This document shows positions 10,629 through 23,261 of a stretch of 64,000 nucleotides of DNA, one piece after another (the stretch's first letter is position 1; every line of letters starts with the position of its first letter). The stretch comes from Cycas panzhihuaensis (lineage: Eukaryota > Plantae > Cycadophyta): NCBI GenBank assembly GCA_023213395.1, contig CM041465.1, positions 90,899,741 through 90,963,740 of the forward strand. Reading direction: 5' to 3'. The notes below the pieces were generated by a model, which saw only the letters and a list, made by a program, of their open reading frames with translations, was not told the origin of the DNA and did not search any database. The translations under genes and the position numbers were made by a program.

Positions 10629-12186
10629 CTATGTCTCACGAAGTCTCAATTGTATCATCGTGTCATGGTAGATATCATGTGCCTGTATAGCTGAATTGAA
10701 GTACTCTATCCGATCTTCAAGTAGACCTCCATCATTGACATGCCACACTAGAGGGTCTTTTGAGGAAGACACATAGGGAAGTAGAATATCTAACACCCTC
10801 CTCACCTTGAACAGTGTCAACATCTCCTCACCTGTCAAATCATCGATTTGTAATTAATTGCCTATCATGGAAGTATAACAATGAAACAAAGTTCTAATAC
10901 AAGAGTATAGGTACCTGTTGGTTGTGTAGTTGCTTTCCATACTGGTTGTGCTCCTACCCCCTTTACTGGCTGTTGGGGAATCTCTTCCCCTCCTCCTCCA
11001 TCATCACCTGCCGCAGCCCCTTGGTCCTCATCTGAGCCCAAGTCCATGCTCTACGCAAGGGCGTTACCACCACCTCTTGTTCCCATCTCTGGAGCAACCT
11101 CTCCCTCACCTCCTCTCCCCTCACCCTTGACTCTTCCCTTATCACCAATCGCTCCCCTTGCTCCTTGTTCATCTTGTCGCTGAGCGATATTCCTCCCTCC
11201 TCTACCTCTCCCTCTACCTCTAGGCATAATAGACGGCCTCCCTGTTATCACCCTCTTAGCCTCATCGGCCTTCTCATCATTCCATGCTGCCATCCTGTCA
11301 TATGGATCAGGAACCAACTGGTTCCTTGCCATCCTATTCAGTAATGGGTTGTGAGTGCTCTTGGCCATAGTCCCTAGCATGTTGTGGGTTCGTGATCGTA
11401 TATGCCATCTGTTCATCCCTAGATCCATGATGTTAAGCTCACCTGGCACTCCTGCTAGCCTCACCAATGGTATATGATCATAGAACCAGCACATCAGAAT
11501 CAAACTGTAGGAGAATCCACCATGACCTTGTCTCCTAATCTGAGAAAACTGCAAGCTCATACTATTTAAAAGATGAATTGGTCCCAATTCATCCTAGTCC
11601 CTACCTCACACAACTTGATAATCTCTATCCATTGGGCTGAGACTCCCATGAAATTTTATGTCCTAGCAATCCGAAAAACAATGATATAGGCTATCACCTT
11701 CCTCAATGTGGTAATACCTTCTACCATCCTCATTGCCTCCAATGAAACTCCATGAGGACCAAATTGATCGACATACCCTATGAAGTACTAACTACATGCT
11801 TCCTGGGACTCCTCATCTATTATCCAGTTCAATCGGATCTCCCGTCCTCGCTAGTTGACTCCAAGAATCCTCCCAACATCCCGAGGAGTAATACGAATGT
11901 TGCCAATCCCTCTCACTCTGAAAAAGCCATTTGGAGGAATCCAACAACCCACAAAATCATCCAGGATCTCGTAATCCATCACCAACTGTATAGAATGGCT
12001 CGCTTTGACCAAGCCACATCGCCTCAAGATTTGCCAATCTACAGCTGAAAGGGCACCCATAAAAGTGCCTGTAGCTAGTCCTTCATTCTCCAAGGTCTTT
12101 AACCTCTTGATAGGTTGCATCATAGATGATTTAAGCATGCTAGTTTTGTTATCTAAGTGTAAATTCTTTATGTTTTTCTTCACCAA
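10629..12186 (-). pseudogene. Antisense extra ORF(s) of Tat element, including a plant mobile domain (PMD)-like region and an RG-rich segment
   Basis: ILDDFVGCWIPPNGFFRVRGIGNIRITPRDVGRILGV resembles PMD (L..LV.RW.....F....G...ITL.DV..ILG). NWGP.....GG....ILMCWFYDH resembles the PMD SWG...LQ.W..E motif. PRGRGRGRGG tract follows. Confidence 0.7.
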
Positions 12187-12834
12187 TTATAAATTGTCAA
12201 AAGTGTGATTTTACAGTGAAAAATATGATTTCATAGTGGAAAAATGCGATTTCTCAGTTCAATAACGGGATTTTGTAATTCCTGTAATTGCAAAAGTTGC
12301 ATTTTTGAGTGAAAAGTCATGTTTTTAGTACTCTTCTTGCATTTTTCACTTGTAAAATCACATTTTTCAGTGTAAAATCACACCAAAAACAATTTTTTTT
12401 TACTATTGAAGACTCATCGGATATTGAGCATCGTCTCGAAGTGAACCCACTCACACAGATATCACCCTTAGTGAGCTGCTGTGTCGCTCCACACGATCAC
12501 AAATTCGGTCTGGATGGGACCCTTTCCTCAACTTTCAATGGTGAAAATGACTACTAAATCATATCTTTTCCATATAAAAAGGGGGTCCCCCTTCATCTAG
12601 GGCTTGATTTCTTCCTTCATTCAATTCGACTCTATCATCTAAATATAGTTTGATTCGAGATATCTTACGTACTATAGGCCTCCTTTTTAACCTCATTGTT
12701 AGTGTTTCACACTATTTATGAGAGGAGTATATTGTATTCCTGTCAGATGGTCTTCTTGAGATTAATATCCTCAATTCCAGGCATGTTAATGGATTACAAT
12801 ATCTATCTTCTTGTGGCTTTCATTCCTCATTTAT

Positions 12835-13040
12835 ATGCTCCGAGAATTCATCTGTTGAAGAGCTAAAACTATGATAGTCATGCTTCGAAAACTCATCCAC
12901 TAATGAGCTTAAGCTATGGTAGTCTTAAGCTCCGAAAAGTCATTTGTTAATGAGCCTAAACTATGATAGTCTATCCCGTTATGCTCTTGCATGGGATCTC
13001 TTCTACGAAGTATTGTTAATGAGGCTCAACTATGATAATA
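12835..13040 (+). repeat. Degenerate ~45-bp tandem repeats in Tat 3' region
   Basis: gctccgaaaantcatytgytratgagcyaaractatgatagtc occurs 3 times plus one partial copy. Confidence 0.8.
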
Positions 13041-13319
13041 ACTCTCATTTAAACCCCATCCCTTCAATGGGCATTTTGGTACTATCGTTAGTTGAGTCTA
13101 TTAGTGCAATTGAGATTTAGTTTAAGAGTATTTTCACTTAGTTTTATTAGACTTTCATGTTGATTAAGGTTGTTTTCTACTTCCCCATTGTATATAGACC
13201 CATCATTTAGGTCTTTCCTTCATGACATCAAGGATGATTTTACCTACGACTCCATGTTGCCATCTTTCACAACCCTGCTTCCATACTAAAGCAAGAGCCT
13301 TAGGTGTTAAGGGGGCAAA

Positions 13320-14585
13320 TGTTTTACCAAAATTAGGCTTCTCATTGGATTTGGATGTGTGTTATTGATCATCATTTATAGACTTTGGTATATGTATGAA
13401 TTATCTTTGCTTGTTGTGCAAAGTCGTTGCTTGGTACTTGATTTATCATATCATGGTTTTTATTGAGATTGCATGTCCTTTGATGTTAATATCATGTGGA
13501 TTTTCGTTATGATATAATGATTGAATGATGTACTATGTATGATGATGATTTATATGTGTCGATAATTGATATTATGGTGTTATGTCCTAATTCTTGCCCA
13601 TTCGAAGTCATCTAATTTTACATTTTTGCTTCTTGTTTGTTTCATTGCTCTTGTTTTTGCAATTATTTCATGCATTTGTCATATTCATCATCTTAGTTTT
13701 GTGCCTTGAGTTCCTTTTTTGGGCTATATCAGTCGATGTTTTAGTCAAATATCTTTTGCAAATTGATTTATCTAAGATATGTTCATTTCCCATTTCTTTT
13801 TTTCGACTTTCCCATTTATCATGTTTTTAGTATAACTAAAAATGCGGCTTTATTCATAAAACGCGACTGATCTCGTTTTATGAATAAAGTTGCGTTTTTG
13901 GCCCATCATAAAACGTGACCATCGTGTTTTATGAAGGAAGTCGCGTTTTTTATTGTGTCACTCGTAAATTTTTTTGGTAAGGAATGTCGATTCCCTTATA
14001 TTTTTAGATACCACTGCCTATATTTATAGGAGCTCGCCGTCCCTTTCATCATTCATGCAATTTTCTATGAGAGAAGAAGAGAATTTGAAGAGAGAATGGA
14101 TTTTTTAGCTTGTTGGTTTTCAGAATTTTGTATGAATTGTATTAGATTGTTGCAATACAGGACACTTTTGGAGCATTTTCTCATCATTTATTCTTCATCT
14201 CCTGGTAATATACGCTTTGATGCACAAATCTTGGTTTTGGTGATTTATTAGTGTTTTGTACTCCCCTTTATCCATTTTTCTGAGAGGTTGTGGATGAGTT
14301 TTCTCTCAAGTATTGGAGATTTGGCTGAGGGGTAGTCCTTGTGAGCTAAAGTTAGGCTTGCTGAGGAGAATAGAGGGCTACATTCACCCTATTCTCCGCT
14401 TAGTTCTCAGGTCCCTTTACTCACCCATTCGTTGGAGTCATTTTTCTTCCAAGTTTTATCACGTTGGTTTGTGAATTTTCTGTTGTTTTTCAAATACTTT
14501 GTCATCTTTCTTCTACTCTCATGATTTCAAGGATTAAATGATGAGGTATGGGTAGAATATAGATACCATGCTGAGGCACATTACA
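13320..14585 (+). repeat. 3' LTR of Tat element (~1.27 kb)
   Basis: Starts TGT right after the PPT, has a TATA-like cctatatttatagg at ~14017, and ends ...cattaca. The partner LTR is outside the window, so the right end is inferred. Confidence 0.7.
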
Positions 14586-14660
14586 CCTTTTTCATTACAC
14601 CTTTTTCATCATTTTTTCAAGTAAATTAGTTTGTTTCTTTGATTTGTAGATCTTTCACTT

Positions 14661-14663
<3 letters not shown>

Positions 14664-14736
<73 letters not shown>
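14664..14736. repeat. Compound microsatellite (AT)n(TG)n
   Basis: Directly visible. Confidence 0.97.
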
Positions 14737-17700
14737 ATCTTTTTTTGGGTTTCTTTAAAAGTAGAGTTTTTTCATTATTATTATGTGTGCATGTCATTTT
14801 AGTTGATGTAGCTTCATTGGAAAGTCCAGATCTAGGCTTATAGATCACCATTGTCCTTTGTTTTCCTTTCACATGCGAATCTTTTAGCTTCCATATTATC
14901 ATTGAGAATTATTTTAGCTTGATTCCTATATTGCATGCAATAAAATCTTGTCAAGTGGTTATTTTTTTGGATATATTTGCTTTGAAACTTCTTTCCAAAC
15001 AAGCATATCTTGCATGCAAAGGAGAGATCTTAAACAAGGGAGGATTGGATCAACTTCAAGTTCCCTTTCTCCAAGTATGTATGTCTTCTCTTTTTAGGAC
15101 TTCGCTCTCCTTTTTCAAAGTTGAAATTGTTGTGAAGTTGGAATCAAAAGGAAAGTTGAAGGAATTCTTTTCTTATTACAAACCTATTTCTTTGATGGTT
15201 GTTTTCTCCTTCCTTCTTCCATCCACTTCATTCAAAGAGAAAGAAAGACTTTCTTGTATCTTGCATGCGTGACATTGTAAGTCTTTTTTTGTGAAAATAT
15301 CAAGGTTGTATGATTATGTGATTGCTATTTTCTTGTATGCTATCGAATATACTCAGAAAAGTAGAAAGAAGAGGCAAGAAGATATTGTAAATAACATAAT
15401 TGTAAGTGCAATTTCCAAATTTAGATCTCCTTCATTACTTGTGTTGTTTGGCTATTTTCATTTTTGTATGCATGTGGTTTGTCATCTTATGCAAATGAAA
15501 GATGTCCTATAGTTGCTACTCATAGGTCTATTTCTTTTGTTTGTATACATTTATTTTGTTGCATGCCCTTTGTTAATTGTGATTCCACATCATCTTATAA
15601 CTATTGAGAATCACACACACAAATAATTGAAGACTCCTTCATAGGAGTTGGTATAGGTGCGTTGCCTCTTTGGATTAGTTGCTCTCTAGCCTCTTTTGAG
15701 TTTGATTTTGACAAACAACAGTCCAAAGTAGCCAAGACAAGTCCGTGCAAAGGTAGGATTGACTTCGTAATGTATATGAAGGACATGATATTCTTGCCAT
15801 CCTGATTATGCAACATGTGACACGTTGTTGACGACTATTATTTAGGAGGCTTGAAGGCGTTGACGATGACGCAGGCTCCACAGAGGTGGCTCGTTAACAT
15901 ATTGGTAATGTTTGATGATTCAAACCTTGAGTACAATAAATGGTAGTGTTTGAGGAAGAGATGCAATGGTAATGGTGAGACATCAAGTACAATAGATGAT
16001 AATTCTTGAGGAAGGGACGCAATGGTAATGAGAATGTAGGTAATTGTACGAAAGACAAAATATGTTAGTATGCAAGGATAGATGTTTGGAATGTGGATGG
16101 TAATAGATACAGATGTTTGGAATGTGGATGATAATAGATTGATGTGTAGGGAAAATGGCTTTGATACCACTTATAGTGGACTGTTTGTTCACTACCCAAG
16201 AAAATAAGTTTTAAATTTGAAAGCTTTTTTTGAAAATTGAATAATTTATTAATTAATTCTAATGTGTGTACATTGGATTGAGGTTATATAAATATGAATG
16301 AGATACCTCTTGTGATAAGATGCACCTCTTAATAGATAATATGTTAATGAGCATTAATTTGAGTTGCAAAGCTTGCAAATGCATAGCATTTGAGATCTTG
16401 CAAGGGTGTCATAAGCATATATCAATGTAAGGAACGACATCTCAACATTCCTGGAATGACATCTCAACATGCTTGTAGGGTCATAGCAAAATTTTGTTCA
16501 ATATACAAGAATGTAACACAGTTGGTAGAGTAGATGTATTCTAGGGCTAGGGACAGGGGTATAATGTAAGAATTTAATGTTGTTGCTTTTTGGACTTGTT
16601 TAATACACAAAGAGGAAATGCACATGCATAGCCCATGGTAGCGTTGTATGAAAAAAGGAGAGAGAGAGAGGAAAAATATTAGGACAAAAATGTTACAAAA
16701 AATGCTCATTAAAAGAATGTGCAAACACAGGACAATAAAATGTAGTAGAAAATTTATTAGAAAATGCACATGTTCATAACTGTTCAAAATATATGCCTCA
16801 CTCATCCCTTCTACCATATATGCATAAGTGGAAATTTCAAAGACACAATGATGCCTCCAACCAGCAAACAAAGAAATGATTCCAGTCCATTAGATGTTGT
16901 TTCATTCAAGAAACAAGAATAATGGTGTTTGCAAGCCCAAAATACTATAATTTCAGGCAAAACAAATGCTCTAAGTTGGAGAAAAACATGTTTTAAATTA
17001 ACATATGTGTTTCTAGCAGTTGGCCTGAAACCCACACACTAACATGCAAGAAAATGAATTGTTGAAACATGTTTTATATGCTGCCTCTAAAAGACAATTT
17101 ATTTTTTTTAGTCTTTTAAATGTGAGTGCTTTGCTAATGGCATATAGCCTCCTTTGTATAGCTTGTGTAAATTCACTTGCTCGTATAAAATTATTTATAT
17201 AGTGCTTTTTGACATGGATAAATTGAAACTTTGAAATGGAAGATGTTTCCATGCTGTAAAATGTTTCTGAAACATGTTTCAATTTGGATTGAAACACATA
17301 ACCAGTTGAAGTTTTTTGTATTGATTGGCTTCATGTAACTTGAGTTAGGTTATAACTGACCAGTTTAATATTAGTTAAATGACATATCACTATGGTTAGT
17401 ACTGGGAGGTTAAATATTAATAAGATCGATATCGTTAAAGTTAGATTAATATAAAATTGGGTTACAGTTTCGTGGAAATTTTTATTGGATGAAAAATATC
17501 CTAAACATATTTCATGTGCATTTCAATGTAACTATGGTTCTGGGCTTTTAAAACCTAAAATGACTTGTACTTGTGTGTCTGGGTTGCACTCAAAAAAATG
17601 TTATAGTGATAATTTTTAGGTATATAAGTTGTACAAAATGTGGCATCCTGTACTAAAACCCGCACTTTTAGGGAACCATCACAATACTTAAAGAATGAAG

Positions 17701-18671
17701 GAACTTTGGGTTCGTGATACAGAACTAGTAAACTATTTTCATTATAGGCAAGCCAGAAAGTGATATTGTGCAGGTGTGTGGAACTAATTTGTTGAACTTG
17801 CACATGCCCATTATTGGGTAAAACACAATTGGTAATGGTTACGGTGGCAATGTTGGATATGATGCTAAAACAGCAAATAGTTGTGAAAACTATACATGTG
17901 CAATGGTTGGTTTTGTCCAACATTGCTATGCAGCGACCGGGAAAACAGGCTGTAATAATACTACCATAAGTATTGGGCAAGAAACACCACTGAAGCGTGT
18001 CAAACCACGTGAACAAATACCATCACATAGCTGTGATGAAAATGTGGAGTTGGGACACTTTACTGCTCTGAGGCCAAATTCCCATTGCTGTTCATGCAAG
18101 TGAAGCTGCTATTCATGCAAGTGAAGCTTTTGTGGAAAGGAGGGCTGCTTAATGATCTTTGAATTAGTTTTGGGCAATGATACTGTGTCTAGAAAACAAC
18201 TTCATGATGGGAGAACAGATTGAAACATAACTGAATGAGTACAATGATGAGCCCATAGGTATATTATAGCATCTTTCTCATGCCTCTTGAATCTCACCTT
18301 CGGCAGATCTCTGCAGAATTATCCAGAACAGCAAAAGGATATTCTTGGGCTTCCTTAGAATAATAATAAAATATTCTTCGGCCAACCCAGAAACATAGTA
18401 GGACATTCCTGGGTTGTTCAGGGGTAATAATAATTTTTTGGTTTGCCATAATCCAATTTTTAACTAGACCTGTAGCTTAGGGTTCAACAGCACGATGATT
18501 GCATTGTGTGCAATGCTATAAATTGTACGCGACTTTTATTATGCTTAAAAGGTGCAAGCTAAGAAATTAGAGATGATGTTGGAGAAAGATGAGTTGTATA
18601 GGTCACTAAGTGGTAAAGTTGGATTGCAATAAGCTACTGTTGTCTAGGAACCAACCGAATGGCCACATGGT

Positions 18672-18890
18672 TGTTAGAATATTAATGTTCTATTCTATGT
18701 TTTTTACTTTAAGGGTTTTTTATGTGTAATTAAGGGTCGTGTGTCATAAACCCAATTTTGTTTAAAAATGACACTTGGCATACATGTACTAGGCCTCACT
18801 TGTAAACTAGATATATTTATATCAGAAAGAAACTCTCTCCCATCAATCAAGGAAGATCAATTTTTTTTAATGTTTTGTCTTTTTTTAACA
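18672..18890 (+). repeat. 5' LTR of copia A (219 bp)
   Basis: TGTTA...TAACA termini immediately followed by a PBS. Confidence 0.85.
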
Positions 18891-19556
18891 TGGTATCAGA
18901 GCAGGTCTGCTAGGGCATAAAAAATTCAAAATTTTCAAGAGAAGGAGGAAATTGATTGAGAAAGAGGCTGAAAATTAAGACAGTTTTTTTAAGGACAATA
19001 ATTCCAGAAGACCCTGTATGGATCTGTACGATCATGTATGACGAAAATTTGAAGTGCTAAGATCAGAATCAAATGTTACTAGTAAGGACGTTTTGACAAG
19101 TGGAGCGTGCTATCCTAAAGAGCCGACTGCAATTTCAGTCTTTGTAAGCAAGAAATCGCAGAAAAGCAAGGGCATAGGTTTGAGACTACTTCTATTGTTT
19201 TCTCTTATTTTTCTTCTAGTTTCAGTGCTTGAAATTGATCTTAAAATCTTCCTTAGGATATAAGCTTTCCATCAAGTATAATTTTGCAGAGAGATTTTGA
19301 GAATTTTTCATGTTATAAGCAAAAATACATTTTAAACCCTAGCCGCCTCCCTCACTTTCGAGCCATTTTTCAATCAAGCTCCAGTCTAAATTTTGTTTGT
19401 AGATCCTAATAGGTGAAGAGATTTACATTTTGAGGGGGTCTTTTTTGGAATCCATACGCCTGCACTTTTTCCGTACAATTGTACGGCTGTATGGTCCTGA
19501 TCTATAACATAAGGAAAAAACAATGTCTTTTGCAATTCTTTCTTTTTTCTTGCAAA

Positions 19557-22500
19557 ATGGCCTCTGCTTACTCATTAGGAGACTCAGATAAATTAACTGG
19601 ACAAAATTATGGTGCTTGGAAAATTAAAATGAAGGGTCTTTTGGTTGCAAAAAATGCTTGGGATATTGTTACTGAGAAAGAAAGAAAACTAGTTGCCATA
19701 GATATTGTAAAGTGTCCCAGTTGGGAAGAAAGGGACATACATGCCTTGGTAGCCATTACATTGTCTATAAGTGACTCTGTTTTAATCCATATAGGTGAAG
19801 CCTCCACTTTAGTAGAAGCTTGGAAAATTCTTGCTACTATATATTGTTAAAAGAATGAAGCTCGAATTATTACTTTTAGAGAACAATTGTACCAACTCCA
19901 TTTAAGGGAGGGTGAATAAGTCTCTGACTTCATTACCAAAGTGGTAGAAGTGAAAGATAATTTGACATCTGCAGGTGAGCCTATATTAGACATAGAAATT
20001 GTTCGTCCGGTACTTAATAAGTTGCCCAAGTCATTTGACAATCTTGTGAACACTCTCACTGTGGGAGGGCAAGCTCGCAATATCTCATTTGACACTGCGT
20101 GGACATCTTCTTCAACAAGAGCAAATAATATGAAGATATGATAAAGAAACTGAAGTTGAAGAAGCTTTTCTCTCTAGACTAAGGAATGGAGAATAGGATT
20201 ATAGCAGAGGTAGATCCATAAGAGGAAGATCAACAGGCAACCAGATATGTTATCATTGTGGTAGACCAGGACGCTTTGCTATTGATTGTGGATCAGTTGA
20301 AATTTGTCTCCATTGTTACTGTGAAAGATTTGGATATTTTTCAAGGAGTTGTTCTCATAGAAGAGCTGAGATCTCAAAGGGAAAGCAACTGGAAGGCAAC
20401 TAACAATGAGCAATCTAAAGATGATGAAGAAGAAGAAATTGCTTTTGCTGCTGCATTAGCTTCTTGCATTGGAAGTAATGAAGATTGGTTCATAGACTTT
20501 GGAGCTTCGAATCATATGATAGGAAGAGAAGACTGGTTTGAGACTCTTCATCCTTATTCCATAAACAAAACTATTGAACTTGGGGATAAATTTTCTCTGG
20601 AAATTAAAGGCAAAGGAATTATTGCAGTTAAAATTAATCGAGGGGTCAAAAAGACTGGTAATGTCCTATTTGTTTCAGGATTAAAGAAAAATCTTCTTTC
20701 TGTATCCCAATTAAGAAAGAAAAAGCTTTGAATCATCTTTCACGAAGATGGAAAATGTTATCTTTGTGATATGAAGAAAGGAGGTAATGTCATTGCTGAA
20801 GGGATATACATTGATAATCTTTATACATTAGTCTCTACTCCCATTCTATCCTCTTCTCTAAAGATTTTTGCTACTCAAAGCATTAATAATAAAATTTGGC
20901 ATTTTTGGTATGGACATATTGCAGATGATAGATTGAAAATGCTTAAAAGTTTTAATATGGTTGATGGATTACCTGTTGACATTGCAATAAATTCTTCTAT
21001 TTACAAAAGTTGTGTGATAGGCAAACAACACAGGGCACAATTTCAAAAAAGCAATTGAAGAGAACAAGAAAAATTGGCATTGGTTCATAGTGATATATGT
21101 GGAATAATTACATCGAATTCTAATAATGTTGCCATGTATTTTCTTACATTTATAGATGGCTCTAGTAGAAAAACCAAAGTGTTTTTTATCTTTAGTAAGT
21201 AAGAAGTCTTTGATTGTTTGAAAAAATTCAAAGCTTGAGTTGAATCAGAAAGTGGGCACAAAATCAAAGTCCTTAGAATAGATGGAGGAGGAGAATATGT
21301 TTCAAATGACTTTTTTAATTTTTGTAAAACACATTGCATTCATAGATAGCTTACTACTCATACTTTATAGTCTAATGGAGTGCCTGAAAGATTAAACAGA
21401 ATTGTAACGGAAATGGCCAGATGTGTGATAAAGGAAAGAGGTGTTTCCAATGCATATTGGGCTGAAACTGTTAATATAGTTGTCTATCTTATAAATAGAA
21501 GTCCCACAAGAGTACTTGATGAAGTTACTTTAGAAGAAGTATGGGCAGGAAGAAAACTTGATGTAAGTCATCTAAAAATTTTTGGAAGCATTGCTTATGT
21601 GCATATTTCTAATAAAAAAAGGACTAAGATGACAAAAACATTAAATGCATCGTGATTGGATATGGTAGCAAATCTAAAACTTATCGCTTCATAGGTCCAA
21701 AGACTAACAAAATCTATGTAAGTAGAGATGTTATATTTGATGAAGCTACTCCAATAACAAATTGATCATATATGCACTCAAAAGGCATAATAATGGAAGA
21801 AAATGTGGAGTCTCCAAACAAAGAAGTTATAGCTCAGGAAGAAATTGCATCTCATGAAGAACCTGGAAGAGAGGGATAGGAAGCTGGAATAGAGAGACAG
21901 GAAACCGATTCTTTAAGAGGAACTGTGTAGACTAAAAAAACTATCCAAGTGGTACTTAAAGACTATGGAAGAGTCAAAAGGAGATGGTTTTGAACAACGA
22001 ACAAGATCTTAAAGACATTGGGCATTAATTTGTTCAGTTGAACCTTAGAGCTATGGAACATCTTGTCAAAAAGTTGAATGTCTAGAAGGCATGAATAAGG
22101 AAATGCATTCTATAAAACAAAATAATACTTGGGAATTAGTTTCTCTTCCTAAAGGTAAACCTATTGTAGGGTGCAAATGGGTTTACAAAATAAACGAAAA
22201 ATTTGATGGTAGCATTGAAAAACATAAAGCCAAATTAGTTGCAAGAGGATAAACTTAGACTCTAGGCATCGATTGTGAAGAAACATTTGCTCTAGTGGCA
22301 AAAATGATAACCATTCCGACAGTTATAGTTATGGCAGCACAAGATCGATGGGAAATTGTGCAGCTGGATGTAAAAAATGCCTTTTTAAATGGCGATCTGG
22401 ATGAAGAAGTCTACATAAAATAACTGCCAGGATACATGAAAAAAGGAGAACATTTGGTCTGCTTTGTATAGCTTAAAGCAAGCACCACAAGTTTGGTATG

Positions 22501-22704
22501 CAAAACTAGATCATCATTTCAAAAGGAAAGGGTTGAGCAGGTGTGAGGTTGATTTAAGTCTTTATGTTAAAAAATGAAAAGAAGACTTGATTACCATAAT
22601 TGTTGTATATGTAGATGATATGATTGCTACAGGTGACGATCATGAAACAATCAAATGGGTGAGAACACAAATGGAAAATAACTTTGAAATGATTGATATG
22701 GGTC
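19557..22704 (+). pseudogene. copia A gag-pol, 5' part
   Basis: KLTGQNYGAWKIKM (gag), WFIDFGASNHM (PR), WHFWYGH, HSDICG, LRIDGGGEY (INT), GCKWVYK, QLDVKNAFLNGDL, VYVDD (RT); many stops. Confidence 0.9.
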
Positions 22705-23237
22705 TGTTAGAAATGGCTTAAGCCTATAATAACCAGGATCAAGAAAGGAGTACTAATCTTGCTCTATAACAAAGATGATTGACATTAATATTGAAAGTTA
22801 TTCAAATAAGCAAGAATGAACTAAAAAGCATGAACAAGACAATACCAACATATGGAGGAGATGGAATTGGTTAAATTTCCAAATGAATGATAGTTTGATT
22901 AGCAAACTAGCAGCATAATAATGTTACTCACACTCCATATGAGATACATGAGAAATGGTCTCAATATATAGAGTTTGAAGAGAGACCTAGGGTGTTGGAT
23001 GTTTGACAAGTGTCAAATGTCCAAGCTGCATCCTTTGCACGGAGGACGTGTCCTTTTGGGCTCTCAAGTGAGCAAAAGAGCATAAGGGTCATTTTGACCC
23101 TTAAGTCACAATGTCGTGTCACTAGAAAAGAATGTGGGTGTGTAATTTATCACTTAAGTGATAAGTCACCCCATAAAGTATAATAATACATGAATAATAA
23201 AGTACATAAGCTTAACATTTAAACATAAGGTTTAACA
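22705..23237 (-). repeat. 3' LTR of copia B
   Basis: Direct repeat of 29402-29947. Confidence 0.93.
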
Positions 23238-23261
23238 CCCCCCTTTACTGTTTATAATGTT

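Larger units (their letters stand above)
1..14585 (+). mobile_element. Ty3/gypsy Tat-lineage LTR retrotransposon (5' end outside window), degenerate
   Basis: Domain order gag-PR-RT-RH-INT, then an extra RNase H and an antisense ORF. PPT aagggggcaaa (13309-13319) is followed by a long LTR TGT...ACA. Confidence 0.9.

Noticed and set aside
12835-13040. Canonical hammerhead ribozyme annotation
   Set aside because: Core words are present, but stems I and III cannot form as a monomer; kept only as a speculative finding.
14586-17550. Several 60-135 aa ORFs and short duplications (e.g. 16078-16140, 16436-16470)
   Set aside because: Low-complexity AT-rich translations with no recognisable motifs or convincing splice structure.
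19334-19343. Telomere-like AAACCCTA words (also ~28838, 40755, 58339)
   Set aside because: Isolated single copies (telo-box-like), not interstitial telomere arrays.
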